From Macrostomum hystrix (taxonomy: Eukaryota; Animalia; Platyhelminthes): a stretch of DNA of 64,000 nucleotides. Where the stretch lies: NCBI GenBank assembly GCA_950097015.1, contig CATNEN010000003.1, positions 186,001 to 250,000 of the forward strand, read 5' to 3'. The translations under genes and the position numbers were made by a program. Positions 33,501 through 46,661 of the stretch are shown here, piece by piece. Under the pieces are notes generated by a model. It was not told where the DNA came from. It did not search any database and was given only the letters and a program-made list of their open reading frames with translations. Position 1 is the first letter of the stretch. Each line of letters starts with the position of its first letter.

Positions 33501-36500
33501 TAAATTTCCTAAACTAAATGACATGCGAATATTCAGCTCCAGGAAGGAACTCCAATGAGAATAGCACTTTCAGAGTCACTTTTTAGGACTCCTTCATCTC
33601 TAAACCTTCAGCCTTTCATTTCAAAGCAACTAGACACTATTACATCTACTGGTAGAGATGTGTCAGAAAATAATTTTTGGACTAGTAAATCGTTAAAGTT
33701 TATTTTTCAATTAGAAAAAATCCCACAGTTTCGAGAGAACCAGCGCTGACCTCACTGACGCCAAATCCTGAACGGACATGCCCATCTGGTGATTGCAGGA
33801 CAGGTCTAGATAGCTCAGCTTCGATTCCACCAGACCCCGCACTGAGCCGCTCAGCTCTGTGTTGCAGCCGACGTCCAGAATGCGCAGGGACAGCATCGTG
33901 CTCAGGTCAGGAAGCCGTTGCAGACAGTTTGAATGTGCCCTGATTGATACCAGTTGGTTCAGGTGTCTGAGTGTCGATGGGAGACACTGCAGCTGGTTTC
34001 CTGACACGTTCAGCTCACGAAGCTTAACGAGGCTGTTTATTGAGCTGAAGTGGTTTAATATTTACGAGAGTTTGAACGCTATGAACACCCAACGGCGTGG
34101 AAGGTACAGCAACAATGCTGAACTCATATATGGAAGGAAGTGAAGGTTGTCAGGGAAGCTGAATCTAATTCCTGAGGATGTAGTATAATAATTGTTGTAA
34201 ATAGAAAGTTCCTCAATTCTTCCTCAATTTTCTTTTAGTCTTACTCAACTGTCAGTCTTACTCCGACTGCGTTAGGTGAGTCGCCGATAGGTTAACGCGT
34301 CTGCATTTTGCTTGCATTCCCTGATCTCGAATCCACGTCTCGGCCGCATTTATTTCAGCTTCACAAGAGTAGGGTTGGAGGCTTAATGCGCAATTTACGC
34401 TTATACGACGTTGGGGACCAAAGTCCAAGGCAAATTGGTAGTGTACACTGCCTTAAAATGAAAAATGTGCGGTTGTATATACCTGTGCGTGTGCATGTAC
34501 AGTTAATGTGTACATGCATGCATTTTAGGAGTCAGCGGGAATAGGCCAAATTGCCTCCCGCTGACTGTGGGTCGACTGGCACCAAATGATGTGTCTGTGC
34601 CCACAGTCCTCCTGCAAATACAGTTTTTATTTTTGATCTTACTCCTCGTCAATCCTGGTCAGCCGGTTGAAAGCCAACTGGAGGACTCGCAGACTCGTCC
34701 CAAAGCCAGCTGCCACATGTGGTACTGCCTCATCACGCAGCTGGTTGAATGAAGCCGTGAGAACTCGTAGTCTGCTGTTGGTCGACATTTCCTGCGGTCG
34801 CTGCGGCAGCTCAGTCAGCAGATTGTTGGAAACATTCAGCGACAGCAACGATGGTGCGAGACGGAACAGAACTTCAGGCAAACTTGTCAGCCGGTTCGAG
34901 TGCAGCGAGACATCACGCAGCTCGTCTAAACAGTCAGAATCTTGGGGCGGTGCGGGCAACGCAGTGAGCCGATTTCGATCTAGCCGAAGGGTTTGCAGAC
35001 GGCGGCAGCGCCAGATTTCGGCTGATAAGCAGCGAATTTCATTTCCGCTAGCGAGGCAACGCACCAGACTATTAGCTGCTTCGGGCCATAGACAGTCGGG
35101 AAGGCTGGTCAAGCGGTTGTCGGACACGTCTAAAGACTCCAGACGGTGTGGAGCCGGTGAGATCTGAATTCTCTGGAGCTCTGGATATGTGTGTGCATTA
35201 TATTATATGCTAATTTTATTGACATGTTATGCAGAAACTCATAAAAAAGCGAATCATTTGCAGCATTTACGGCTCATATTACAAAACGTCTTTTATTTAT
35301 GAATGTGGTGCAAAACAAAAGTGCATCTTTATGAGAAAGTGCACAAAGATGTGCAGCTAACAGTTGCAATAATCTTCGTTACTGCCGATGAAAATCATTC
35401 TTGCCATTGCCAATCCTTGTGACTTGACCTTGTTCCATACGACGCTTTGGGAACGGTTCATATGTTATCTAACTGATTTTGTGAAATTGATTTTTAGTGG
35501 GATTTCGTGTTTTCGCTTTACTGGATCTATCGTTGGCATGATTTCAAAGCTACTTGGAGTAGTTGCTCCATCCTTTTAAGTCGCTTGATCGCTTCTCTCT
35601 CAGAAATCATGCTGCTCTGTCTAGATTGACTGCTGATTGCACTCACGCTACAATTGAGCCGGCTTTGTAAGCTCCCAGCGGCCACCCTCCCTATTGTGTC
35701 TTCACAATCAAGCAGATAAATTTAGACTCACACGTCATCTCGTGCACTTATGCATAATAAATGATCTTCCGTAGCGTGCCTCTGTCTTAGTAACAAATTC
35801 AGGGCAGAATCAAGATTCCATAAACTGCATCTATTCAATGGGCAAGCTAAAGTAAACTCTCAATAGCTTTTAAGTGAGGATGTCGAATTCAATTTGGACA
35901 ACGGGCGTCATGCATTTAAATAGATCGAAAATTATATGGGAATTGCTCTCTGAATGCAATGGAATCAGAGTTCACAGTATAATAAAACCAGGGTCCTGTT
36001 TTCAGCCATTCAGCCTGAAAAATGACTTCGCGCTATAAAATTGAAAGACTATTATCAACGACAAAATTCCAACTTATCGTACGCTAGTACGCTCCTGTTT
36101 ATTCGTTTATATCCTTTATGTTGAAGACTCAGTTTAATCGTGACAAAAGTAAATAAAACTTGTGAAAAACTTGAACGAATCAAAGCTGGTTAAAAGCAAG
36201 AACACATGGAAATCTCACTGTTATCAGGCAGAAGAAGAGTTCTCAGAGCCGTTCCGTTGAGCCGAACCTCAGTCAGCCGGTTCCTGTCACAGGACAGAAA
36301 CTCAAGGGAGTTGAGCGACTGCAGGTCCAAGGACTCGATCTGAAATTATCCGAAGCAGCAGGTCCACACCAGATTTAGGAAGGGATTGAGCGCTGTGTTT
36401 TTGTGCGACAAGCCAAAACTCGACGAGAATTCGTTTGAACACTGCAGATAAAAATACCACCTGCATGTATTTGATTTCCTCTCCTGAGTTTTCTGCCTGC

Positions 36501-39500
36501 TTAATCCCATACAGGACTGGAAACTGCCTTTCCACGGGAAATTGGCTGTCCAGAATTTCTATTTAATCTTTCTGAATTTTCCTTCTTGCTTATAGTCACA
36601 GTTCTTCCCGCTATCTAAAGTCCTTTCAGTTCTTATAGTTCTCATATTCTCCGAATCCAAACTGATTTACCGGCTTTCGCTTTCGATACTCTCACAAATT
36701 ATCTAGCTTGAGGTGTTTTCTCTGCAAATAATCCGACAGCGACTCGGCAGGTTAAGTTCGAAGCTTGATAAGGCGCCTGTATGACTCAATACTCTGCCAA
36801 AAATTGCACGGCCTTGACCCAAGCCTTGGCCCTAATTAGATTACGAGCTCGTATCTGTTATGGAATACAGGGTAAAACACACTGAGATAGACCCCAGTCC
36901 ATACCAGATTGTCCCTGAGGTCCAGATAAACCAACTGCCCCAGCCTGTCCAGACCCTGGCTACTGCTGCTGTTCAGTGCCAAGCGGTTAAATCTCAGGTT
37001 CATGCGCCTCACGCCTCCGCTGTCCATTCGTCTGGCCAGGACTTCAGAGATGCCACTCAGCTGGTTGCCTGGCATGATTACATCACGGTTGCTGGGCAGG
37101 CTGGCCAGCACAGGCGGCAGGTCGGCAAAGCGATTGAAGGCGATGAGCAGCACCCCGAGACTTGTGAGAGCGGACATGGCTTCGGGTAGCTCTGTGAGCC
37201 AGTTGTTGTAGGCGTGGAGAGTCTCGAGCCTAAAGGACAGCCAAGGAGTAGGAGTGACTGGGTGACCAGTGAGAAGCGATCTTCGCCAAGGCTTTGCAAA
37301 TCCTTGCCTCATTGCGATTTGAGTAATGGTTTCCACAATACTTTCATATCCGCTATTCGTAGAGGATGAGGAATCCACCCATTCTCTGAGGAATCCACCC
37401 ATTATTAGAGGAATCCACCCATTCTAAGAGGAATCCACCCCTTCTCTGAGGAATCCACCTACTCTAAGAGAAATCACCCATTCTAAGAGAAATCCACCCA
37501 TTCTCAGAGAAACCTACCCCTTCTCTGAGGAATCCACCTATTCTCTGAGGAATCCACCCATTCTTATAGGAATCCGCCTAACCTCAGGCAAATCTGCCTC
37601 ATCTCAGAAGAATTTACCCTCAGACTGCAAAATCCTATATGTAACGATAAATCCACTTCCGTCAAAATCGCATCACAAACGCTTACTTATTCAGGTTGGC
37701 GATCTCTGATGGCAGTGTGGCTATCTGATTGGCTGCTATATTTAGCTCAATAAGAGTGCGGAGACCGCACAGACAAACAGGCAGGCTGGTGAGGAAATTC
37801 TCAGAAAGATCCAAACTGGTCAAGTGACGAAACCTGAGCGAAAATGTTTGGGCGCTAAAAGTTAATTCAGTTAGTTCCTATAAACATATAGTACGGTTTA
37901 GAAACATATTGGTTCAGTCAGCAGAAATTTTTTTCAACTTTTTGAAGTTCATATATCCTTTCGTCTTGAACTGACCTCTGCAAGTCGTCCAGGTGACCTG
38001 TGATGCGACTGCCGTCTCCCCATTGAGTCAGCGATGACTCAGTGGTTGCCAGACGCGAAAGCAGACAGTTTCGTCTTAGATTAAGCTTTTTTAGGTGATC
38101 GACCACTCTGAAAAGAGACTCAGGAACAAGCTCCAAATGCCTGCCAGAGAGCTCTGCCACTTCCGCCGACTGACTGCAAGCCTGAGGGTGCAGGCAATCA
38201 TGTTGAATATCAATCTCATATCCCATGTCTCCTTCATATATTATACGAGTATCTGCACAATTAAGGCTGCATGCAATTGAGGCTGCCTACAATTAAGGCT
38301 GCATGCAATTGTGGCTGTAGACTATTGAGGCTGCATGCAATTGAGGCTGCATACAATTAAGGCTGCATGCAATTGAGGCTGCCTACAATTAAGGCTGCAT
38401 GCAATTGTGGCTGTAGACTATTGAGGCTGCATACAATTGAGGCTGCCTACAATTAAGGCTGCATACAATTGAGGCTGCCTACAATTAAGGCTGCATGCAA
38501 TTGTGGCTGCCTACAATTAAGGCTGCATGCAATTGTGGCTGTAGACTATTGAGGCTGCATACAATTGAGGCTGCCTACAATTAAGGCTGCATACAATTGA
38601 GGCTGCCTACAATTAAGGCTGCATGCAATTGTGGCTGCATACAATTAAGGCTGCATGCAATTGAGGCTGCATACAATTAAGGCTGCATGCAATTGAGGCT
38701 GCCTACAATTAAGGCTGCATGCAATTAAGGCTGCATGCAATTGAGGCTGCCTACAATTAAGGCTGCATGCAATTGTGGCTGCCTACAATTAAGGCTGCAT
38801 GCAATTGTGGCTGCCTACAATTAAGGCTGCATACAATTAAGGCTGCATGCAATTGAGGCTGCCTACAATTAAGGCTGCATGCAATTGTGGCTGTAGACTA
38901 TTGAGGCTGCATACAATTGAGGCTGCCTACAATTAAGGCTGCATGCAATTGTGGCTGCCTACAATTAAGGCTGCATGCAATTGTGGCTGCCTACAATTAA
39001 GGCTGCATACAATTAAGGCTGCATGCAATTGAGGCTGCCTACAATTAAGGCTGCATACAATTAAGGCTGCATGCAATTGAGGCTGCCTACAATTAAGGCT
39101 GCATGCAATTGTGGCTGTAGACTATTGAGGCTGCATACAATTGAGGCTGCCTACAATTAAGGCTGCATACAATTGAGGCTGCCTACAATTAAGGCTGCAT
39201 GCAATTGTGGCTGTAGACTATTGAGGCTGCATACAATTGAGGCTGCCTACAATTAAGGCTGCATACAATTGAGGCTGCCTACAATTAAGGCTGCATGCAA
39301 TTGTGGCTGTAGACTATTGAGGCTGCATACAATTGAGGCTGCCTACAATTAAGGCTGCATACAATTAAGGCTGCCTACAATTAAGGCTGCATACAATTGA
39401 GGCTGCATACAATCGAGGCTGCATGCAATTGAGGCTGCCTACAATTAAGGCTGCATACAATTGAGGCTGCATACAATCGAGGCTGCATGCAATCGAGGCT

Positions 39501-42500
39501 GCATACAATTAAGGCTGCCTACAATTAAGGCTGCATACAATTAAGGCTGCATACAATTGAGGCTGCATACAATCGAGGCTGCATGCAATCGAGGCTGCAT
39601 ACAATTGAGGCTGCATGCAATCGAGGCTGCATACAATTAAGGCTGCCTACAATTAAGGCTGCATACAATTAAGGCTGCATACAATTGAGGCTGCCTACAA
39701 TTGAGGCTGCATACAATTGAGGCTGCATACAATTGAGGCTGCATACAATTGAGGCTGCATACAATTGAGGCTGCATACAATTGAGGCTGCCTACAATTAA
39801 GGCTGCATACAATTGAGGCTGCCTACAATTAAGGCTGCATGCAATTGTGGCTGTAGACTATTGAGGCTGCATACAATTGAGGCTGCCTACAATTAAGGCT
39901 GCATACAATTGTGGCTGCATACAATTGAGGCTGCATACAATTAAGGCTGCATACAATTGATGCTGCATACAATTGAGGCTGCATACAATTGAGGCTGCAT
40001 ACAATTAAGGCTGCATACAATTGAGGCTGCATATACAATTGAGGCTGCATACAATTGAGGCTGCATACAATTGAGGCTGCATACAATTGAGGCTGCATGC
40101 AATTGTGGCTGTAGACTATTGAGGCTGCATACAATTAAGGCTGCCTACAATCGAGGCTGCATGCAATTGAGGCTGTAGACTATTGAGGCTGCATACAATT
40201 AAGGCTGCCTACAATTGAGGCTGCGTACAATTAAGGCTGCATACAATCGAGGCTGCATACAATTGAGGCTGCATACAATTGAGGCTGCATACAATTAAGG
40301 CTGCATGCAATTGTGGCTGTAGACTATTGAGGCTGCATACAATTGAGGCTGCATGCAATTGAGGCTGTAGACTATTGAGGCTGCATACAATTGAGGCTGC
40401 CTACAATTGAGGCTGCATACAATCGAGGCTGCATGCAATTGAGGCTGTAGACTATTGAGGCTGCATACAATTGAGGCTGTATACAATTGAGGCTGCATGC
40501 AATTGAGGCTGTAGACTATTGAGGCTGCATACTGTATCCTACAGACCACTGAGATAGCAGCTTAGACTGTTAAAGCCGTTGATAGTGAGGAATGTAGGAT
40601 TCAATATTGTAAATTCAGTCATCTATATTTGGTTTGTCAATCAGTACAGAAAAGTGCATATTGCTGTCGGCAGCTACACTTTGTGACCTAATTTTAATTA
40701 AACAATCTTTGAGACACATTTACCGTTAGAAAACTCAACCTCATTAAACCTAAACCTCCGTTTCTAATTACTAAGCATGTTACTTCAATAACGCAGACAG
40801 TCTGAAAGGTAGTTGGCTGTCTACACTCTATACGCCGTCTTAGAAACATATTTTAGCTGTGTGCTCTCAGACTGTAAAATCCTTTGGATAATCCGATTAG
40901 AATGGAAGACTCGAGTTAAAGCACTCAAATTATAATTAGGAATTCTACCTTACTTGTGCACAGGGTTCTCCCTGATTAAATTCATTTGGAGGCCATTCCG
41001 AAGATTAAATATTCAAATTCTTCTGTAAATTATTTTCGGGCATCGCCGCCTACGCGTTCCCTTCACCTTTTTCTCAGTGCTGGCTTTGAAAGATTCTGGC
41101 AATTCGACATTTGAACTATTCATTTACGCGTCATAAAGTACACACTTCAAATCTTAGATAAGCGGCTAATGATGATATGCCATGATGTACGAGTAGGAAT
41201 CACGCATAATTTGCATGTAGGGCACAGCGGTGCTGAGCAAAGGCAGAGTAGGAGTCTAAGGAGGGGCAAAGTAGAGGTAGGGTTGGAGACAGAGCAGAGC
41301 TGGAGTAGTAGGCAGAGCAGAGGTGGAGTAGGAGGCAGAGTAGAGGTGGAGTAACATAAACAGAGGTGGAGTAGGAGGCAGAGTAGACGTGGAGTAGGAG
41401 GCAGGGCAGAGGTGGAGTAACATAAACAGAGGTGGAGTAGGAGGCAGAGTAGACGTGGAGTAGGAGGCAGAGCAGAGGTGGAGTAGGAGGCAGAGTAGAC
41501 GTGGAGTAGGAGGCGGAGCAGAGGTGGAATAGGAGGCAGAGTAGACGTGGAGTAGGAGGCAGAGTAGAAGCAGATTAGAGGGAGGGAAGACGCAGTGTAG
41601 AGGAAACGTTTCCCAGGCTGCTTCCCAAAGCTCACTAGCTGCAGGTGCTGCAGCCACTCCATCATGACGCTCTCATCAGTGAAGGCGAGTTGCAGACCCT
41701 GCTTGAGTTTCTCGCCGCAGCCGCGAATCTCCAGCCGATACGGCGCCTTCTTGTCGCTGCTGCTCTTTGACGGGAGGCGGCAGACTGCGCCACCAGCCAG
41801 GAAGATTGTCTCCTTCAGGCAGGAGCCTTCGATGTCTGTTTATGGTACACGAGAACAAAAGTGTATTAATGAGACAGCTGCCCACGAGACAAGACAGACT
41901 GACGGATTCTCAAAAGGTGTCTCAAGGTTTCCTAAGCTTCAGCTTGTGTTTATTGTATCGCGCACTTTCTTTTACCAGCTCAGCATTGCGAGTCGCAACA
42001 GTTTCTCTTTAGCAGCTTAAAAACAGCCCACTTCGTTACTTTGCTTTGCTACGTAGAAATTTCCCTTTTCGTAATCTTTAACTCTGTCCGCGACTTTATT
42101 GCAGTGTGTGACGCGAAAGCCCTAAAAATAAGAGGCTTGGTCTTGTGACGCACGAAATATGCTCATGATCGAACAAGATATTTCCTAGTTGATTGCGTAA
42201 TTGTTCTTTTTAACATTCAAACTTAAACACAAAGATTGTTCGGCACAATAACTTGCAGTTCAGAAATGGCTTGGTGGGCATACAGGAATATGGATTAGGT
42301 AACTCACGTGCACAATGGGGTTTGTGCATCTGCCGATACTTTATTATGCTTCTAACTCACGGAATCAGATGTGCTTTGTCTCCACTACCATTGGTTGCTT
42401 TGTTCCGACAGACTTGAACCAAAATAGCTTGGGTCACTGAAAATTTAGCCCTGCAGTCTGTGAATCCTTACCTCGAAAGACCACCAATCCGATTCCGTCG

Positions 42501-44081
42501 CATTCACACAGCCGACGTCGCCACTGCCAGCCCCGGCGCGCCAGGAGAATCTCTTTGAGTGATGCACCGGCAGCCGGGGCGGCAGCCGTAACTGTTGCCG
42601 CCCAGGCCGGCCTTCCAGCGTGGAACCTTATCAGGTAGGGTGCGTCCGCCCCGGCTCCCAGCCACTGCCGCAGCCCGGCCTCCGAGTGGCCAAGCAGGGC
42701 CAGCAGGCTATCCTGCAGTCCTAGTGGGCACTCATGCGGCGCCAGGCGTCTCAGCCGACCATCTGGAGTTTCGACGTATAGTATTGCCGCCGCCGATGTC
42801 GCTAAGCTATCAGCCTGTCGATTTGGTTGGACCAGCTGGCGGCCCAGTTTAGCCGCCGTTGTGTCCAGCTGGCAGGGCAGCAGAACGGAGCCTCCCGCTT
42901 GGCCAGCTCGCGCGCGGCACTGAAAGACGCGCACATAGCCGCACTGCGGGCTAGATGATAGCCATTTAGATCGCTCTACTAACTGGCGCTTCGCCGCGCT
43001 GACGCGACTTCCACCAGTGCGAACTCTGTTTGGCGGCCGCGTGGGCGGTGGCAAAGTAAGGGAGACAATTCTGAAGCAAGAGGAGAGGTTTCGACGTGGG
43101 ATTTAGGAAATCGCCTTGGAGACAGCGAAATCGCCTGCAGTTTTCGATGTGTGCGAAGTTTTTGCTCTGCCCCATGCAATGAGCATATTCAGATGCATTC
43201 ACGGCAAGCAGGATTCACTCGTTGAACCAAAGAAAAATAGGCTGCTGCAGCCTTACTAATATGACTGCAGGTATGAGTCAGCTTTTTTGATGGTGACAAA
43301 ACTTTGTACTTTCTCAGTGAATCTCAGTGTACTTCTTTTTATGTGGCTGAACTTCCAGCCTAGACTCTAAAAAGTTATCGGAGAGAGGTTGTAGCCTAGT
43401 GGTTAGGGCGTCGGACTCACGACTTGAAGGTCGGGGGTTCGATTCCCGACTCCACTGGAAAAAATTGTGTCCTTTAGCAAGACACTAAACTCTGCATTGC
43501 TTCAGTTCACCCAGCTATTAAATGGGTACCAGCATAAGCTGGGATAATTGAAGGGGGTGTGGCGTCCCCCCAGTCCATGGACTGAACAGCTGTACGCAGC
43601 CTTCAGATGCGCCGCGCATTAGCTGGTTCTGTACTGTCGGCTGCACATCTGATCCAATTGGGGCAGGTGTAATCAATTTTTATTATTTATTATCATTATC
43701 GGAGATAGAAAACACCTTCCATTGTTTAGATCAGCGTACTGAGTCTAAAGTCCCAAGTCGATCTCCAATCCTAAAATTTCATGTGAGGTCAGTGTCCGTG
43801 TCTGAAGTCCTTGTGTAGAAATTACTGTAATCAGTTCCCGTTCAGAAGGCGCAGGATCGTACTGCCCTTCGTCCTTCTAAAATCATTTGCGCTGGCATTG
43901 AAAGCTGGCAATGTGAGCATAGAAGGAAAATCATCTTGCGAGCACAAAATACTTTCAAGGCTTAATTCTCTTACCTTGATGGTCCACCCGCTGCCTCGGG
44001 ATATTCCCCAGGCTCTTCCGCGATGACCTCAGATACCCCCAGTGATCTCAGAGAGCCGCCATAAAGACTGCTGCCGTTCAT
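30513..44081 (-). CDS. PHLPP: PH domain leucine-rich repeat protein phosphatase homologue. Exons 44081-43975, 43070-42472, 41835-41636, 38181-37976, 37833-37687, 37229-36905, 36339-36219, 35180-34643, 34032-33751, 33097-32581, 32390-32197, 32118-31908, 31789-31123, 30691-30513
   Basis: RA-like region (GYVRVF..SVLLPC..RRL..ECPL..Q..YLIRF), PH-like region, many LRRs, PP2C fold (MFDG, ANAGD, RINGQ, TRMLG, LIVANRGLW) and C-terminal DTWL PDZ-ligand-like end. Splice phases checked at most junctions; a small extra exon near 34250-34300 cannot be excluded. Confidence 0.88.
34330..34620 (+). mobile_element. Interspersed repeat (SINE-like) with hairpin-forming 3' part; related copy at 48450-48790
   Basis: aggagtcagcg..ggc.aaattgcctc..gctg.ct...gtgcccac is shared with 48658-48735. 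Confidence 0.45.
37362..37620. repeat. ~20-bp minisatellite in PHLPP intron
   Basis: Tandem gaggaatccacccattctct variants. Confidence 0.85.
38255..40531. repeat. 16-bp minisatellite (~2.3 kb) in PHLPP intron
   Basis: att(g/a)aggctgc(a/c)taca with recurring variant units (ggctgtagact, gcatgca) forming higher-order patterns. Confidence 0.95.
41240..41570. repeat. 23-bp purine-rich minisatellite in PHLPP intron
   Basis: ggagtaggaggcagagtagacgt variants. Confidence 0.85.
43385..43700 (+). mobile_element. tRNA-derived SINE with CORE-like central domain
   Basis: A box TAGCCTAGTGG, B box GGTTCGATTCC, central ttgtgtcctttagcaagacact...aaatgggtacc, AT-rich tail; near-identical copy at 50879. Confidence 0.85.
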
Positions 44082-46661
44082 TGCTTCAGTGCCGATTGCT
44101 TCAATGTGTAATTTGAATTCTGCCAGGGCGTGAGACTGCCTGGGAATGGATGTCTAATCTCTAGAGCTCATTTTTTGCAGTCTCGCTCTGCATTTCTCAA
44201 GGTTTTCTATTTTTCGTATGCCCAGTTTCAAGGTGTGCAGCACAGGAAGGAGAGAGTTATGAAAGTCTTGTAGTATGCATTCGCATATTTTTATGCGCTA
44301 CTGAGCTCTGCCACGCCCTGATGCATCTCTGCCCGACCTCTCATACCCCACCCACAAGGTCCAATTGTGTCCCATGATTCGCTAATTAGATATGATTTGG
44401 CAGTACTTTGCTGTTGTAATTGTTCTGTCACAAACATAGCCTCATAAAATGAATGTCACACACAGTATCTAGTTGCTTCTCTCGTATTCTTAATAATTCT
44501 TAAAGAGTTGATGTCGATTCAATCCAGCAGTTGACATGCTCAACTCTACGTCTAGCACACTCGGTTGTTTTCAAATTTCACTCAACTTGTCATCCCCATG
44601 ATTGAATATAGACTAATGCTAAAAGCTTTGGATCTATTTTCCGATTTGAAACATTTTGAAACATCAGCACTCCTACCATAATTTTGCATTCGTACTGTAC
44701 TCACATGACTTGATGTGTGGGCGTCGATGTTCGCACATGCAATGACAGCTATGTTATGTAAATAAATTCTTAGCTTGCTTCTAAACAACCGTAAATCGAT
44801 CACTGGCGTTAAATGACTTGCTCACGTATGGCTAACGATAACACAATTGGAAACTACGCTCGTACATGCGTAGGTATGTCGACAGTCATGGAATTTTAAG
44901 TAACAAGGACTACTAAACAACACAGGACGTTGAACTAGCATTTTGCGTAAATGTGTTGTTTAGTAGTCCTATCCTAGTTAAGTAATAGTGCGAATTCAGC
45001 CATTCAATGTGGCCTCTAATATTCAGTGTGATCCGATGCTTATGCAACATCAATAAGCTGTGACTTCTTGGACGCTGCTTTTTGGTGTAGTACTTTTTCT
45101 TCATACTGGATAATTATTTATGTTCCCCAATCCATGGCAGCGCCGCGCATATAGTGACGTCGAGCAATCTTTCGTCACTGAATAAGAGATTTAGCTTTTA
45201 TTACGAATTTTACCAGTCTTTCGAGTTGTTTTTTTAAAACTAGAATCGCAATAAATAAAGCTTCTTAGAGGCGAAGAAGGAAATATTTATCGACTTAGGT
45301 CCTACTTTCCCCACTGCCTCGTCCCCTTTCAGCCACTCAGTGTGCCCTCATTTTCTTCTGAAATTCTAATTACACAGTTTGTATAGATGATGACCTCAGC
45401 AGCAATCAGACGAAACGGTTGCCGTCACAACAAGCTCTGACTGCCAGGAAGTACTTATCGACAATTGAGGCCAGATTAAAAATCCTGGCCCGTTGTGGCG
45501 GAGATTGTTAAGAGACAAAGAGGATATTAGGCAGTGGGAAGACACTGCCAATCGCATTAACAGGGCGGGGAGCTATTCAGTTCCTTTTGTATAGGATGAG
45601 CTGCTGCCAGACTCCTCAATCCCCATTCATCGCAGCATTCGCAGACTCCTCCATTTGGGGGATTCTATTTTTAGAGTTCCTGAAATGTCTGACTGAAATG
45701 TCCTGCTGGGGTATTAAACTGTGCAATTTTGCACGGTATCTATAAATACGAGTCGCGTGATCCTTAAAAATCATGAAGAATATACTTGTATATAGTATAT
45801 AGCAAATCTGTTTTGAAAAAATTCTGCTTGAATGGTGTCAGTAGAGTCGAGGAATATCCGTTGGAAGAAGTTCTACGAGCACATGCGCTCTATTTTCATT
45901 TTTTCATCAATAATATCCAGGTGAAAGGACGCTTCCGAGTTTCTGTTTATTTAAATTTCACAGTTATTTCATTGCTATTTACCTTCTGCTGCTTTCACTA
46001 ACATTTCGAGCCTTGTATCGTGCTGTGCTGATGCTATTCACTATCAACAAACTCTGCCATTCAGTCTTATTTCAAGACGAGGAAGTAGTTAAATACAAAC
46101 AAATCTTAGAGATTTAGTATAGTAGGATTACCAATGCGACGGATTTCGAACTCCAGAGTAAATAATCTTGGCTGAATCTAAATTTAGGTGAATTAAGTAC
46201 CCAAAAATCTGGCTACCAGAACTCGGAGAGTCAGAGTTGATGGATCGAAATCGAGAGGTTTCAAACTTTTATTTTTTCACGTGGCCAACAAAAATATTCA
46301 GAAAGTCTCATTTCCTCCGTCGCTGTGATTGACATACGAGCAAATAAACTGGCTGGGCCGCCGAGACATTAAAAGCAAATTAAAGCTCTGCCCGATGGAA
46401 TGGTAGGCGGTTCAGAACACTTCAAAACCTGGGGAGCTGAGCAATAATTTAGCTCCTATAGGTATATCTTGGATGTGCGTCATGGCCAAACGTAGAAAAG
46501 CGCCCTCTGATTGGCCATCAGACGCCCCCTCATTGCTCACTCGTCCTGTCCCCGCCCCCTCAGTGCCGAGGGAAAAAAATAAATCCGTCCCAAGCGCCAT
46601 TCATCACTATTGCGTTCTCTGCGATCTGTGTTTCGATCTAGCAGACCTACCTCGCCCTGAG

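Noticed and set aside
43385-43460. tRNA gene (also at 50879)
   Set aside because: No proper acceptor stem or terminator; it continues into a shared ~230-bp body, so it is a SINE head.
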